This document shows positions 25,811 through 38,938 of a stretch of DNA of 64,000 bases, in pieces. The notes under the pieces were generated by a model. That model ran no database searches and had not been told where the DNA came from. It worked only from the letters and a program-made list of their open reading frames with translations. Each line of letters starts with the position of its first letter. Positions within the stretch are counted from its first letter, which is position 1. Both the position numbers and the translations under genes were made by a program. The DNA is taken from the NCBI RefSeq assembly GCF_018350175.1, contig NC_058368.1, forward strand, positions 182,034,001-182,098,000, written 5' to 3'. This stretch comes from Felis catus (taxonomy: Eukaryota).

Positions 25811-28800
25811 TATGAGTATCATGAAAAGGCAATCCTTATTTTTCACAGCTAAGTATATGTAATCTACTATATTGTGTAAAACAAAATATGAACAGAAAAA
25901 TCCTAAGACCACTTAGAACTCAGAGCCACTCAAGTAGTAACTCTCTTCAGCAGATCATGGGGGCACTTCCTAAGCTAGATCAAAAGGGTCACCAGTTAAA
26001 TCAAGATGATTCATTGAAAATGTGGCACCCTAATCAGTGAAGACATATTTGCATCTAGGACACTTAATAATGCTAAGGGAGGAGCTAGACATACAGATAG
26101 GAAGATACTTAACTTTTCTTTATTGCAAGAACTAAAAATCCCCCCCAAACCCCCCAAAAAAACCCATGAAATATGCAGATGCTGAATTGGTAGCATTGCA
26201 TTTTCTATAATATATTTCTAACCTATTGCAACTATTTTGAATATATCCTTTTACATTCAATATGACATTTCTTCTAAATATTTTGGAGTTTTTTTTTTTT
26301 TTATTCTTCATAACCTTCTTCCTAGCACCATGGAAAGCTTCAGGATAAAAAGAGAACTGTGGTGATTTTCCTACTAATTAGTTGCTCTTATTAAAAAGAG
26401 CAAGATAATTGATTTTAGGATGCACTACCCCTTATTAAGACCTAATTAAGCTGTATATCAAAGACTAATTAAATGGCATTATTCCATCTCACTGATGAGT
26501 CTTGATGCTTGGTGAATAGATTTGGGTGGTAGATGAATACTCTTGGAATAGATTTCACAGCCAGACAGATAAATATAGACTAAGAAGCTGAGTAAAGGGA
26601 ATTTTCGATTATCTAAACCTAACACACTTATTGGTATTTCTTCAGCCTGACAGTTTGAAATGCACAAAATGAAACATTTAAATACAAACTCAGCACTGTG
26701 GTAGGATGGAGAACAATGAAAGGGCTTCTTCAGAAAACTGAAAATTTAAATATGACATTAATTCTTCCAGTGAAATGGTGGACTGGGGAACTGGAGGCAT
26801 TTGATTTTTTTTTTTTTTTAACTTTTTTGATGAGTTAGGCTACTCAGTCTTGATTAACCTCAGACAAGAGCTCAGTTACACTAGAAAAGAATATCTGAAA
26901 GCCTGATATCACTTTTAAAGTTGCCAATCACCATCTTTGCTAAGTTATTCTCTGGATCTCAGGGAGAGGAAATGAGGAGTAGTAAGAGAATATGATCATC
27001 ATAAGGAATTTGAATACAGTAGGAGCCCAGATATTGATGAAAGTGTGGTCCAGCCAAAGAGAAACTGCCATTAAAAAATATTTGGAGAGTAAAAGCTATT
27101 AATAAGATAAATGTTTTTCAAAATTTTATTCTACACCAGAAATGAATGTTTTCAACAGCAAATCCATCTCTGCTAAATCAATATTTTACTTGACAAAAAA
27201 GATCATATACCAAACATTTCAAATGTTATGTAAATCCATTCATTGCTTTAATCCCATCAGGCTAACCTTGTACTGCCAAGGCTGTTTCTTCAAGGCAGTG
27301 TCATTGTGACAACAGAAACTCATCATTCCATTTAATCTATCAGGTCACAACCTCCTTGGATTATGGTGGGTAGTCTCTCAAATTCTTTGGTGCTTCATAA
27401 TGCAAAAGCTTTTGAATAAATCACAAGATATTTGCAGAAAGTAATGATTTCACTATACAGCTGTGCTATATTTGATTATCTTTAATAGTTACCTTCACTA
27501 GCAGTATAATAATTTGCAAACAATAACATCAGTCATATGTCACTTTTGCACTCATTACTGGCCAAGGTATAACCCCCAGGACCAATAATCTATACTACTG
27601 AACATCTAAATTAAATGTCATTCTGTGCTAAGTGCAGGTTATTCAATTGAAACTGAACTTTTGCTACTATAACGTGTATTTTGAATTATCTGAAGGACAT
27701 CTACCCTTGAACTCTTTTTGCATTAATACACACAGAAGTGGAAATAGCTGCAACATCACTAAGAAAGCTGTGCAAATAGAGAACTGAAATCTCGATTACA
27801 GGAAAATGAGTAAACAATTTATTTTTAGCTATCTTTACAGAACTCATGGACAGGAGATAAAGGGTTTGACTCAAGTACTTCAAGGTTGTCATTCTAGGTA
27901 CTTTGTTAGATTTAATAGAGTTTATAGTGTTTAGATTACCTTCTAGATGGAGCTTCACTTTCTTTTTCACTTCATATAAAATTATGGATTTTAACATAAT
28001 TTTGATAATTATACACTGCACATGAATGCTGAAAAACAATTAATGACAACTATAATTTTTTCTTTTGTTTTGCATTCCATGCTTATTTTTTCTAATAGAG
28101 TTGGAATGTGAAGGAAGAATGAGGATGGGGGGTTAATTTATCTCTCGGGCTTTGTGTCTCACTGAGAACAAATCTTTCATGAGCCCAAATTATGAATCCA
28201 TAAATCCATAAATCTAATCAACAACATTAATAAAAGAGTAATGGGACACATTCATTAAGTTCTTTGAGATCTTTACAAGAACAATACTATCGATATTAAG
28301 GAAGAAATATCAAAGGATCATGGAAGACAATGGCCTAGACAGAAATTTTAAGGCAATAAAGAAATAGAGGGTACTTTATGACAATTGTGGACAGCCAGTC
28401 CTCTGACAATCGGTTCACAATCATTAAACTGAATCCTCATCTAACTGCCCAGGAAATGATTCTTGTAGGTTAACCTTGAATCTGAGTTCATTTGGAAACA
28501 GAAAGTCTCAAGATACTAAGGAAGAACATTTCTTTGCACAGCCCACAATACCTATACCTCAATGTTAGAAACAGAGAAACCCTTTTCATAGATGTATATT
28601 AGAAAATGAGATAGAGGCTTTAAAATTTTTGACCTAGGTTTTAAAGTACAATGGTATTCAAGTGAATTAACAATGGATAGTGTGTTGCAATAAAATTAGC
28701 TAATCAAAATATGCTTTCGTTTAGGAGAATTGACATTCATTTATGAGCAATTTGGAAAGTCTGCAGGTCCAAATAACAATCAAAGTGTAATGTGTATGAT

Positions 28801-30026
28801 CTCCTCATTGCCACTGGCTTCTGCTTGGTGGCAGAGACAGATGAGAGCAGGGTTTGTGCTTGATTTGGGGGTTTTCACAGCTTGTGCCAAACCAAATGTG
28901 AACTCAGCAAATGAAAAGACTCAGAAGCCTTATCAACGGTAATCTGAATGGGTGCTCTCTCACTCCATCCCTGAGACTTGAAGGGACTTGAGGCAAGTAA
29001 TAAAACTATAAAAAATATAAGATATGATATTAGAAGTGTACTTTAATTTCTTTATTTTAATTGCTGAGTAGAATTATATTATTTCTTTAAAATATGTGAG
29101 AATCCTATTTCAGATCCAGGCTCTTTTATAAGTTCTTCTTTAATCTTTTCCTTTCTTCTCTTTTTAATTACTTGTCTTATTTCTCTTTATTATTGAGCTA
29201 TGAAGTTGAGTTTTAGAAAACTGGAAAAGAAACATTGTCCTTCAGCATACATAATAATACTAAAACTTCTTCAAAATATAAACTTTTACCTTTGTTTTCA
29301 AAATTCTCTAACAGTTTTCCCCCCACTTCCTATCTGGTATTACATTGGTCTTTTATTTAGGTATACATAGTATCTTCCATCATGACTGCTAATCTCAAGG
29401 TATTTATGGTCTTTGTTTCTTAATGCAAAGATGTGTTAATAATGAGATAATAGTCAATAATGATTGATTAATTGAATGAATGGATGAAAAATTACAACAG
29501 TCAGTAATGAATAGCAAAAAAAGGATTTCTAAAGCTGTTTAGCATTGTTTATGGTTGGAGTAATCATTTCCTTACTTTTGGGAATATGAGAAGCATTGTA
29601 AATTTATCCTATAGCCAGTGATTTTCAAATTTTTTGGATGTGACCCATTGCAAATGCATTTTGCATTATGACCCACTATCTACACAGACATACACATATC
29701 TAAACAATAAGCCTGTACATGTAAAAACACACATATTATTAAAGCAATATGACAGGAAAAATTCTGAAATGACTTCCAATGAGTCACGGTCTTATGTAAT
29801 CCCCTGCCCTCAGTAGCGGCAAGGCCTGTGGATAAGATGCTACTCCTTGATTAGGTTCCAGTATATGAAAAGGTAAAGCCATTTCTCAGCTGTACTACAA
29901 GTGTCTTGTCCCTAATCAGCTGAATTTAAGTTAATCAGAAGGGAGATTATGCTGGGTGAGCCTGACTTAATCAGATGATTGCTTTAAAAGAGGGTCAAGA
30001 AGTCAGAGACTTGGGAAAGTAGAGGA

Positions 30027-31149
30027 TGTTGGAACATAAAAGGTTCTGGTAGGGGCGCCTGGGTGGCGCAGTCGGTTAAGCGTCCGACTTCAGCCAGGTC
30101 ACGATCTCGCGGTCCGTGAGTTCGAGCCCCGCGTCAGGCTCTGGGCTGATGGCTCAGAGCCTGGAGCCTGTTTCCGATTCTGTGTCTCCCTCTCTCTCTG
30201 CCCCTCCCCCGTTCGTGCTCTGTCTCTCTCTGTCCCAAAAATAAATAAACGTTGAAAAAAAAAAAGGTTCTGGTAATAATTCCAGCATGAGATGGGAAAG
30301 TTTCTCCCACACCACCAAACAATTCTCTGGACACTAGCTACCTGCCCCACAATTTAACTCAATTCTCACACTGTCTACCTGGAGATAGCATCAGATTCCA
30401 CAGGTTAAGGGTTTAGTCCTACAAGACTGCCTCCCCACCCTGTCCTCACACACACTTCAGATGCAAACTGGAAACCCAATTATCACTTGTGCTTCTGACT
30501 AACTCGCTAGAAACTGGAGACTCCCGCAATCCCCTCTGTGGGCTGCAGATACCGGTCACAACTCCAAGATGTTACCTGTATTTCTGACTGATTGGCTTTA
30601 AAGGTGAGTTTCCCACAATCCCTTCCTTGGGTTTAATTAATTTGCTAGAGCTCAAAAAACTTGTGTTTTCACTAATTATCAGTTACCATAAAAAGATATA
30701 ATTCAGAAATAGACCAGATGCACAAGGCAATGTATAGGGAAAGGGTGCAGAGCTTCCATAACCCTTTGCAGGTGTACCATACCACTCCTTGAGAATCCCA
30801 ACATATTCACCAACCCAGAAGATCCCTGAACCAAGACCTTTGGGGTTTTATAGGGGCTTCATTACACAGACATGATTGATAAATGATTGGCAAGTGGCAA
30901 CTGATTCAACCTCTAACCTCTCTTTCATCCTCAGGGGTCAGGCAGTTCTAACTGGCCAAGGCTGAAAGTTCTAAATTGGTTCTACTGGCAACCAGCCCCC
31001 ATTCTTAGGTGCAGTCCAAAAACTCATCCATTAACATAACAAAAACTACCTGTGTGTTCTCATCACTTAGGAAATTCCAAGAGTTTCAGGAACTCTACCA
31101 GAAATCAGAGACCACATATGTATTTCATATTACAAATCACAATATCACA
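30027..31149 (-). mobile_element. MER21-like ERVL solo LTR
   Basis: minus strand begins TGTGATATTGTGATTTGTAAT...GAAACTCTTGGAATTTCC and ends ...TCCAACA (TG...CA termini). Confidence 0.75.
30052..30261 (+). mobile_element. Very young felid SINE (SINEC_Fc)
   Basis: ggggcgcctgggtggcgcagtcggttaagcgtccgacttcagccaggtcacgatctcgcggtccgtgagttcgagccc with CpGs and A/B boxes intact; perfect TSD aaaaggttctggta at 30038-30051 and 30262-30275. Confidence 0.97.
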
Positions 31150-31445
31150 AAAGAGAATCCTGAGACTAATATAAGACCCAGTCCCCACACACAGTTACAG
31201 CAGTCTGTGAGACCCTGAGCAGAGGTTCCAGCTAACCTGCACCCCAATACCCAATCTGCTGTGATAACATAAATTAATGTTGTTTTAAGCTGCTAAATTT
31301 GTAATTTGTTATGCAGCAGTAGAAAACTCATACAATCCAATGCCAGTTTTCTTTGTCTGAAATGGTGGTTACAGTCAACTAAATTGATAGCATATAAAGC
31401 AAATATGAGCCACAACCCACATTTTGAAAATTACAGCTATATCTT

Positions 31446-33593
31446 TTTTTTTCAATATATGAAATTTATTGTCAAATTGGTTTCCATACAACACCCAGTG
31501 CTCATCCCAAAAGGTGCCCTCCTCAATACCCATCACCCACCCTCCCCTCCCTCTCACCCCCCATCAACCCTCAGTTTGTTCTCAGTTTTTAAGTCTCTTA
31601 TGCTTTGGCTCTCTCCCACTCTAACCTCTTTTTTTTTTTCCTTCCCCTCCCCCATGGGTTTCTGTTAAGTTTCTCAGGATCTACATAAGAGTGAAACCAT
31701 ATGGTATCTGTCTTTGTCTGTATGGCTTATTTCACTTAGCAGAACACTCTCCAGTTCTATCCACGTTGCTACAAAGGGCCATATTTTGTTCTTTCTCATT
31801 GCCACGTAGTACTCCATTGTGTATATAAACCACAATTTCTTTATCCATTCATCAGTTGATGGACATTTAGGCTCTTTCCATAATTTGGCTATTGTTGAGA
31901 GTGCTGCTATAAACATTGGGGTACAAGTGCCCCTATGCATCAGTACTCCTGTATCCCTTGGGTAAATTCCTAGCAGTGCTATTGCTGGGTCATAGGGGAG
32001 TTCTATTTTTAATTTTCTGAGGAACCTCCACACTGTTTTCCAGAGTGGCTGCACCAGTTTGCATTCCCACCAACAGTGCAAGAGGGTTCCCGTTTCTTCA
32101 CATCCTCGCCAGCATCTATAGTCTCCTGATTTGTTCATTTTGGCCACTCTGACTGGCGTGAGGTGATATCTGACTGTGGTTTTGATTTGTATTTCCCTGA
32201 TGAGGAGTGACGTTGAGCATCTTTTCATGTGCCTGTTGGCCATCCGGATGTCTTCTTTAGAGAAGTGTCTATTCATGTTTTCTGCCCATTTCTTCACTGG
32301 GTTATTTGTTTTTCGGGTGTGGAGTTTGGTGAGCTCGAGCTCTTTATAGATATTGGATACTAGCCCTTTGTCCGATATGTCATTTGCAAATATCTTTTCC
32401 CATTCCGTTGGTTGCCTTTTAGTTTTGTGGGTTGTTGCCTTTGCTGTGCAGAAGCTTTTTATCTTCCTAAGGTCCCAGCAATTCATTTTTGCTTTTAATT
32501 CCCTTGCCTTTGGGGATGTGTCGAGTAAGAGATTGCTACGGCTGAGGTCAGAGAGGTCTTTTCCTGCTTTCTCCTCTAGGGTTTGGATGGTTTCCTGTCT
32601 CACATTCAGGTCCTTTATCCATTTTGAGTTTATTTTTGTGAATGGTGTGAGAAAGTGGTCTAGTTTCAACCTTCTGTGTGTTGCTGTCCAGTTCTCCCAG
32701 CACCATTTGTTAAAGAGACTGTCTTTTCCATTGGATGTTCTTTCCTGCTTTGTCAAAGATGAGTTGGCCATATGTTTGTGGATCTAGTTCTGGGGTTTCT
32801 ATTCTATTCCATTGGTCTATGTGTCTGTTTTTGTGCCAATACCATGCTGTCTTGATGATGACAGCTTTGTAGTAGAGGCTAAAGTCTGGGATTGTGATGC
32901 CTCCCACTTTGGTCTTCTTCTTCAAAACTACTTTGGCTTTTCGGGGCCTTTTGTGGTTCCATAGGAATTTTAGGATAGCTTGTTCTAGTTTCGAGAAGAA
33001 TGCTGGTGCAATTTTGATTGGGATTGCATTGAATGTGTAGATAGCTTTGGGTAGTATTGACATTTTGACAATATTTATTCTTCCAATCCATGAGCAGGGA
33101 ATGTCTTTCCATTTCTTTATATCTTCTTCAATTACCTTCATAAGCTTTCTATAGTTTTCAGCATACAGATCTTTTACATCTTTGGTTAGATTCATTCCTA
33201 GGTATTTTATGCTTCTTGGTGCAATTATGAATGGGATCAGTTTCTTTATTTGTCTTTCTGTTGCTTCATTGTTAGTGTATAAGAATGCAATTGATTTCTG
33301 TACATTGATTTTGTATCCTGCAACTTTGCTGAATTCATGTATCAGTTCTAGCAGACTTTTGGTGGAGTCTATCGGATTTTCCATGTATAGTATCATGTCA
33401 TCTGCAAAAAGTGAAAGCTTGACTTCATCTTTGTCAATTTTGATGCCTTTGATTTCCTTTTGTTGTCTGATTGCTGATGCTAGACCTTCCAACACTATGT
33501 TAAACAACAGCGGTGAGAGTGGGCATCCCTGTCATGTTCCTGATCTCAGGGATAAAGCTCTCAGTTTTTCCCCATTGAGGATGATGTTAGCTG
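31446..33593 (-). mobile_element. 5'-truncated felid LINE-1 (about 2.15 kb)
   Basis: ORF2 RT-to-C-terminus, 3'UTR and short poly(A); TSD (tg)aaaattacagctatatctt at 31425-31445 and 33592-33612; TT|AAGA site on the minus strand. Confidence 0.97.
31674..33593 (-). pseudogene. L1 ORF2 C-terminal fragment with one frameshift
   Basis: ORFs 32710-33507 (LFADDM) and 31674-32771 (CCHC) overlap at the NIQWK/KDSLF frameshift. Confidence 0.93.
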
Positions 33594-35786
33594 AAAATTA
33601 CAGCTATATCTTAAAACCATCTTTTTCATGACACCAAAATATTTATCAGTAGAAGTTCTTTCTTTTGAGTTAAAGAATTTGATGTTCACAAACTCTTAAA
33701 CATCAAAAGCCATTATCAGGCTTTGGTTCACAGTAGTGAACACAATATATATATGGATTCTGACCCCTAAGAACCTAGTCTAAGGGCTGGAGAGAGATAT
33801 AAAAACAAATGAACAAAACCAAACATACACTTAGACTCAGTAACTATTTAAGCACTATTTCCACTAATAAACATGTATTTACTTGGGACAATCATGAGAG
33901 ATAAGAATGAACGTTATGTAATCCATACTTTGAAGGGTTGCACAATATCTAGTAGGAAACATACAATCCATAAATAAGTAAGTATTCCATGATAATTCCA
34001 TTCTTAGCATACAGAGAACAAAATATATGACTTGGAGTGGCAAATTCTACCCAGGAACATCAGGAAGGTCTTCAGAAAAGATGTGACATTTTATGTGGCA
34101 CCTGTGGGTGGGAGGGCCTGCAGAACATCTCCAGTGTGAAAGCACTTTCCATGTACCATGTGAAACTGTTTTAGAAGATCATGCTAAAAAATTTGGGCTT
34201 TGAGGCAATTCAAATCATTCAAGTTTTTTGTCTGTTTGTTTAAATGGGATATGAACATAAAATTATATCCCTGAAACCCAAATTAAGTTATATGAAGTTG
34301 GCACTACCAGCACAGACAGAATATACATCAGTGATAAGTCTATCAAATTGTGCAGGGGCAGATAAAGGAATAGAGGGTGAATTAGTACAGATATTTTGGG
34401 TGTTTTGGTTATTCTCTAAGGGGGGCCTGAAAAAGAAAATATTAACTAATGAAATGGATTGAAATGATAATTATCTGGGTAGGAAGAGTCCAAGCAAGGC
34501 TTTAGGAATTGTCCTAAGTCAAGCACTAACACTCAACTTTATAAAACATGCTGCTCTGAAGCCCAATCTGGATGGTTCCATTACTGTTAAGAATAACACC
34601 CTTCTCCTATACACTACTATTTATCACTTAGCAAATGTCTCTGAATGAAGAATAACCACAGAAACAAGGCCAAAATAATTATCACAATTTATGCTGTGTT
34701 TATGGTGTCTGTTTCTTAGGTCTTTTTTACACCCTATTTATCCTTGTTTAAAACACTGTTCTAACCAGCTTTTTTATTCCCTTTGCTACCTAGAGAACGT
34801 TAGAAGCACTGCACTGTGCCTTTCAAACAATGCCACTATCAGTTTTCAAAGGCTTTACATTTTATTCTGTAAGAAAGAATAAAACATCTTTGATGTGGGG
34901 AGAAATTAACTTTATCTGTGCTCCAGAGAAAAATTCTTAAATGAAAAAAAATCAATGTTTCTTCTGGAATTAATTTAATGACTGATTTCCAATACATAGA
35001 AAAAAATATTAACTAGTTCTGTATGTGGCTAAGAGTATGGTTTTCTGGTAGTACTCCACTCCTTTGCAACAGAAAATAGGGTTTCATGAAAAAGTGTAAT
35101 CATAATCACTTTTAGCAATGATAATTGATATTACCAGTATGTTTTCTTCAGGTTTTAATAGTGTTTACAGGAGTTTTCATTTTCATTGTATTCTTTTTTT
35201 TTTAAAGGGACTATTTTTTTAGAGAAGGGGGAAGAACACCATTTCAGAAAGAATCACTGTGTAAATAAGTCACATCATAAAAATAACCCTGTTAAAAGCC
35301 TAACTTAGGCTCATGTTTGTCCTCTGTAGATCAAAGGCAGTTCTAAAAAAAGAACAGCTCTAGATGCTTATTGGTTCCAAGTATAATGATTGCTAACATT
35401 CAAACATGTTAGAAACCATGGACAGCTGAATTAGACCTCTAACATCCCAATGTTCAAAATTTTGACCTCTATCAAGAGATGTATAGCTAAGCCTGAAATT
35501 TGCTTTTAAAATAATCCCCCATTGCTCATGGCCTGAGGATCATGATTCATTTGATTTTTTTTAGCAGATTTTCACTATTAAGAAATGCAAATATTGACTA
35601 TGAAGAAATGAAAGCATTAATATCATTTAAATTTGCACAGTGTTCTGGCCATATGAAATTACTCATTCAGACCATCTTATTCTATGCCACCATATTATTT
35701 TCATAATAAATGTTAAAATTCCTGTATCTTATTCTGAATCCAAATAAATGTAGGCTGTGTAAAAATGGTCACAGAACCCACAGAAC

Positions 35787-35828
35787 CTTCTTCATCTTCT
35801 TCATCTTCTTCCCCCCCCCCCCCCCCCC
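35787..35828. repeat. (CTTCTTCAT)n followed by an 18-nt poly-C run
   Basis: read directly from the sequence. Confidence 0.9.
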
Positions 35829-36399
35829 GCTTTTTTTAGCATAAGTTCATGGACCAAGGCAAAACAGGATACCTCTGGACCCAGAGACTTAATTATAACT
35901 CAATGAGAAGCTAGTGTAATCTCGTTTTAGTGAAAGAAAATATAAGAACTTTAGCTCATAAGAGGTGTTTTGTATACCTCAATTAAGTCTGTTTTCATCA
36001 TTTAAATTATTTATAACATTTATTCATTTACAAAGCACCCAAATTTACCAAGCACACAAAGGTTAGGTGAAAACAAACAAAAAAATTCAAAGAAAAACTT
36101 GAGAAGTGGGCAGGTCTCTCCAAGAGAATTTATAGTCTGCCTTTATTTTACTTTTATACCAATGGATTACTTTTATGCCAATGATAATGTGTGAATTCTT
36201 TACAATGATGAGGTTCAAACTGAACTAATTATTTCACTTTATGGTTGCTTTGATTTAATTTTTGCTACAGTATTTTTGACAAATGTATTTTTTTTTTCCT
36301 TTTGGAAAATTTACTTTAAGAGAGTTGGCAAAAATCGTGCCCCATGTGTCTGTATCATGTTAGTCCTGCCCTCATTTGCACTTATGGGTCTACTATTCA

Positions 36400-36600
36400 G
36401 ATTAGATATCAGGTAAAGTATGTATGAATTTGTCCAGTAATTAAATTTCTCTGTGCCATAATTCTCTCATCTGTGAAATGAGGACTCCGTTATTTACTTA
36501 AGATCACTGTTTGGAGAATGAAGCAGAACAGTGTTTGTACTGCATTGAATACAGAATCTGGCACATAGTAAGTTCTTTATAAATATTGCTCATTAGTGGT
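36400..36600 (+). mobile_element. MIR fragment
   Basis: aaatttctctgtgccataattctctcatctgtgaaatgagg...cagaatctggcacatagtaagttc. Confidence 0.65.
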
Positions 36601-36889
36601 AGTACTTTTTATGATAATAAGACACCTGGCCTCAAGTAGCTCACACTAAGGAAACCAGACATGCAGGTATTGAAGTGGCAGCACTCATACATTTAATGAA
36701 AATGAATCCAAACATCTAACAAAGAAAAAAAAAAGTATATCTTTTATCTTTTTTTGATTCTATAACCTCCCCAACTTTTGCCTTTAAATTAGATTTTATT
36801 CTCTATTTTCTCATAAAAGAAAGTCATAAGTGAAATATAAATAATAACAAGAGAAGTTAATTTTTTACTTTAAAACTATCAAGGACTTT

Positions 36890-37278
36890 TGTCTAAGTGA
36901 CTTAAATACGCTCCTTTCCCAGATGACTTACTTTTCATTCTTCCAGTTAAAAGAGCATATTCTTCTACCACTAGCAATGGGTCCAGCCATGAGATAAGCT
37001 GTAGCCAACAGAACGAGGCAGAAATGGCAGTGTGATGGTTCTAAGCCTAATGCCTTAAGAGGCTCCTTTGTTCTATTTGCCCTTTTATGGTTCTGGAAAA
37101 CCTATGAGAAGATCACGCTTAGGCTTCTGGTCTTAAGAGAAGGATGAGAGAGACACATGGAGTCGAGTCACCACACCTGAGTCAGTGTAGCTTAGAACAG
37201 TCAATGATCATCCAACCTAACCTTAAGGTTTATGCTTGTTTGATTTGTAGTTTCAAAGTAGAAAAGCCGACCAATACA
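36890..37278 (+). mobile_element. Old MLT1 (H/I/J-like) MaLR LTR
   Basis: gccatgagataagctgtagccaacagaacgaggcagaaatggcagtgtgatggttctaagcctaatgccttaagagg; ends gccgaccaataca. Confidence 0.55.
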
Positions 37279-37459
37279 AATAGTTTCAACCTGTTGGGGT
37301 ATTAATTTTTAGTTTTTAAAATAACTTTTTATTTTTTCAGATCACTGCCTCTAACCATACTGCCCAATGCCCTCTTCCCATTATCCCATTGCATTTCAGG
37401 TATCTTGGGTAAATTACATAACTGTTCTTTTTAGTTGTATACTAAAAAGTAAATAACAA

Positions 37460-38938
37460 AATAGTGTGGTGCTGGCATAAAGACTGATATGTAGACCAGT
37501 GGAATAGAATTGAGAGCTCAGAAATAAATCCTCACATTTATGGTTACCTGATTTTCAACAAGGGTGCCAAGACCATTCAATAGGGAAAAGATAGTCTTTC
37601 AACAAACAATGTTGGGAAGCTGCATATACATAAGCAAAAATATAAAGTTGGATCTTTATCTTATACCATATACAAATAGTAACTAAAAATGGATGAAAGG
37701 CCTAAATATAAAAGCAAACTATTAATATCTTAGAAACCTAAGGGGAAAATTTCATGACACTAGATTTGCAAATGGTTTCATGGGTAGGATACCAACAGCA
37801 TAAGCAACAACAATAACAAAATTTAGGCAAATTGGATTTCATCAAAATTAAAGACTTTTGTGTAGAAAAGGACACTATCAGCAAAATGAAAAGACAATCC
37901 ACAGAATGGTAGAAAATGTTACAAATCATATATCCAAAAAGGGATTAAAATCCAGACTACATGTAGAAGTCTTGGAACTCAACAACAAAAAAATCAAATT
38001 AAAAAAAAAAAAAGGGCAAAGTACTTAAATGGCCACTTCCCTAAAGAAGATACAGAAATAGCTAATGAACACACAAAAAGATGGTCAACATCATTGATCA
38101 GTAGGAAAATGCAAGTCAAAACCACAATGAGATATCAATTTAGACCCACTGGGATGGCTACTGTCAAAACAGAAGCAAAAACAAACGAAAACAGCACATA
38201 CACACACACATACACACGCATGCATGTACAACGCAGAATATAGTAAGTGTTGACAAGAACGTGAAGAAATTTGAACTCATCCTGTACTTTGGTGTTGGGA
38301 ATGTAAAATAGAGCAGACTCTGTGGAAAACAGTATTTTTGAAATGCTTTGAAATTCTTCAAAGCAATTGTTAAAACAATTTAAATAAAATTACTTTATAA
38401 TCCAGCAATTCCACTTTGAGGTATGGACTGAAAAGAACTGAAATTAGGGACCCAATCAGATATTTATACATCCATGTTCACAGTAGCATTAAACACAATA
38501 GCCAAAATGTGGAAACAATTCAAGTATCCATAAACAGATGGCTGGATAAACACAATGTGGTACACACACACACACACACACAGACACAGAAACATGGAAT
38601 ATTATTCAAAAGAAAGGAAATTCTGACCCATGCTACAACATGTATTAACCTCGAAGACATAGCGCTCAGTGAAATAAGCCAGACATAAAGGGACAAATAC
38701 TGTTTGATTGCACGTACATGAGGAACTTAGTCAAATTCATAGGGACAGAAAATAGATGAGGGTAATGAGTAGTTAGTATTTAATGAGCACACAGTTTGTT
38801 TGGAAAGATGAGAAAGTTCTGGAGATGGCTGGTGGTGGTGACTGCACAACAATGGAAATCTATTCACGGCCATTGAACTATGCACTTTAAAATGGTTAAA
38901 ATGGTAAATTTCTTGTTACGTATATTTTATACATATTT
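37460..38938 (+). mobile_element. L1MB-like old LINE-1 3' end
   Basis: degenerate ORF2 C-terminus (gaccagtggaatagaattgagag; ttcaacaagggtgccaag) and L1MB-type 3'UTR (gagaaagttctggagatgg...ttaaaatggttaaaatggtaaattt). Confidence 0.85.

Larger units (their letters stand above)
29748..31334 (+). mobile_element. MLT1E-like MaLR solo LTR split by a MER21-like insertion
   Basis: 5' half gtccctaatcagctgaatttaagttaatcagaagggagattatgctgggtgagcctgacttaatcag; 3' half ends tgttttaagctgctaaatttgtaatttgttatgcagcagtagaaaactcataca. Confidence 0.8.
29616..31436. mobile_element. hAT-Charlie-like MITE (outer layer of nested stack; own sequence 29616-29747 and 31335-31436)
   Basis: imperfect TIRs cagtgattttcaaattttttggatgtgaccc / gagccacaacccacattttgaaaattacag. 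Confidence 0.5.

Noticed and set aside
30052..30135. tRNA-like A/B boxes as tRNA genes (here and in other SINE heads)
   Set aside because: They are tRNA-derived Can-SINE heads followed by SINE body, CT tract, tail and TSD.
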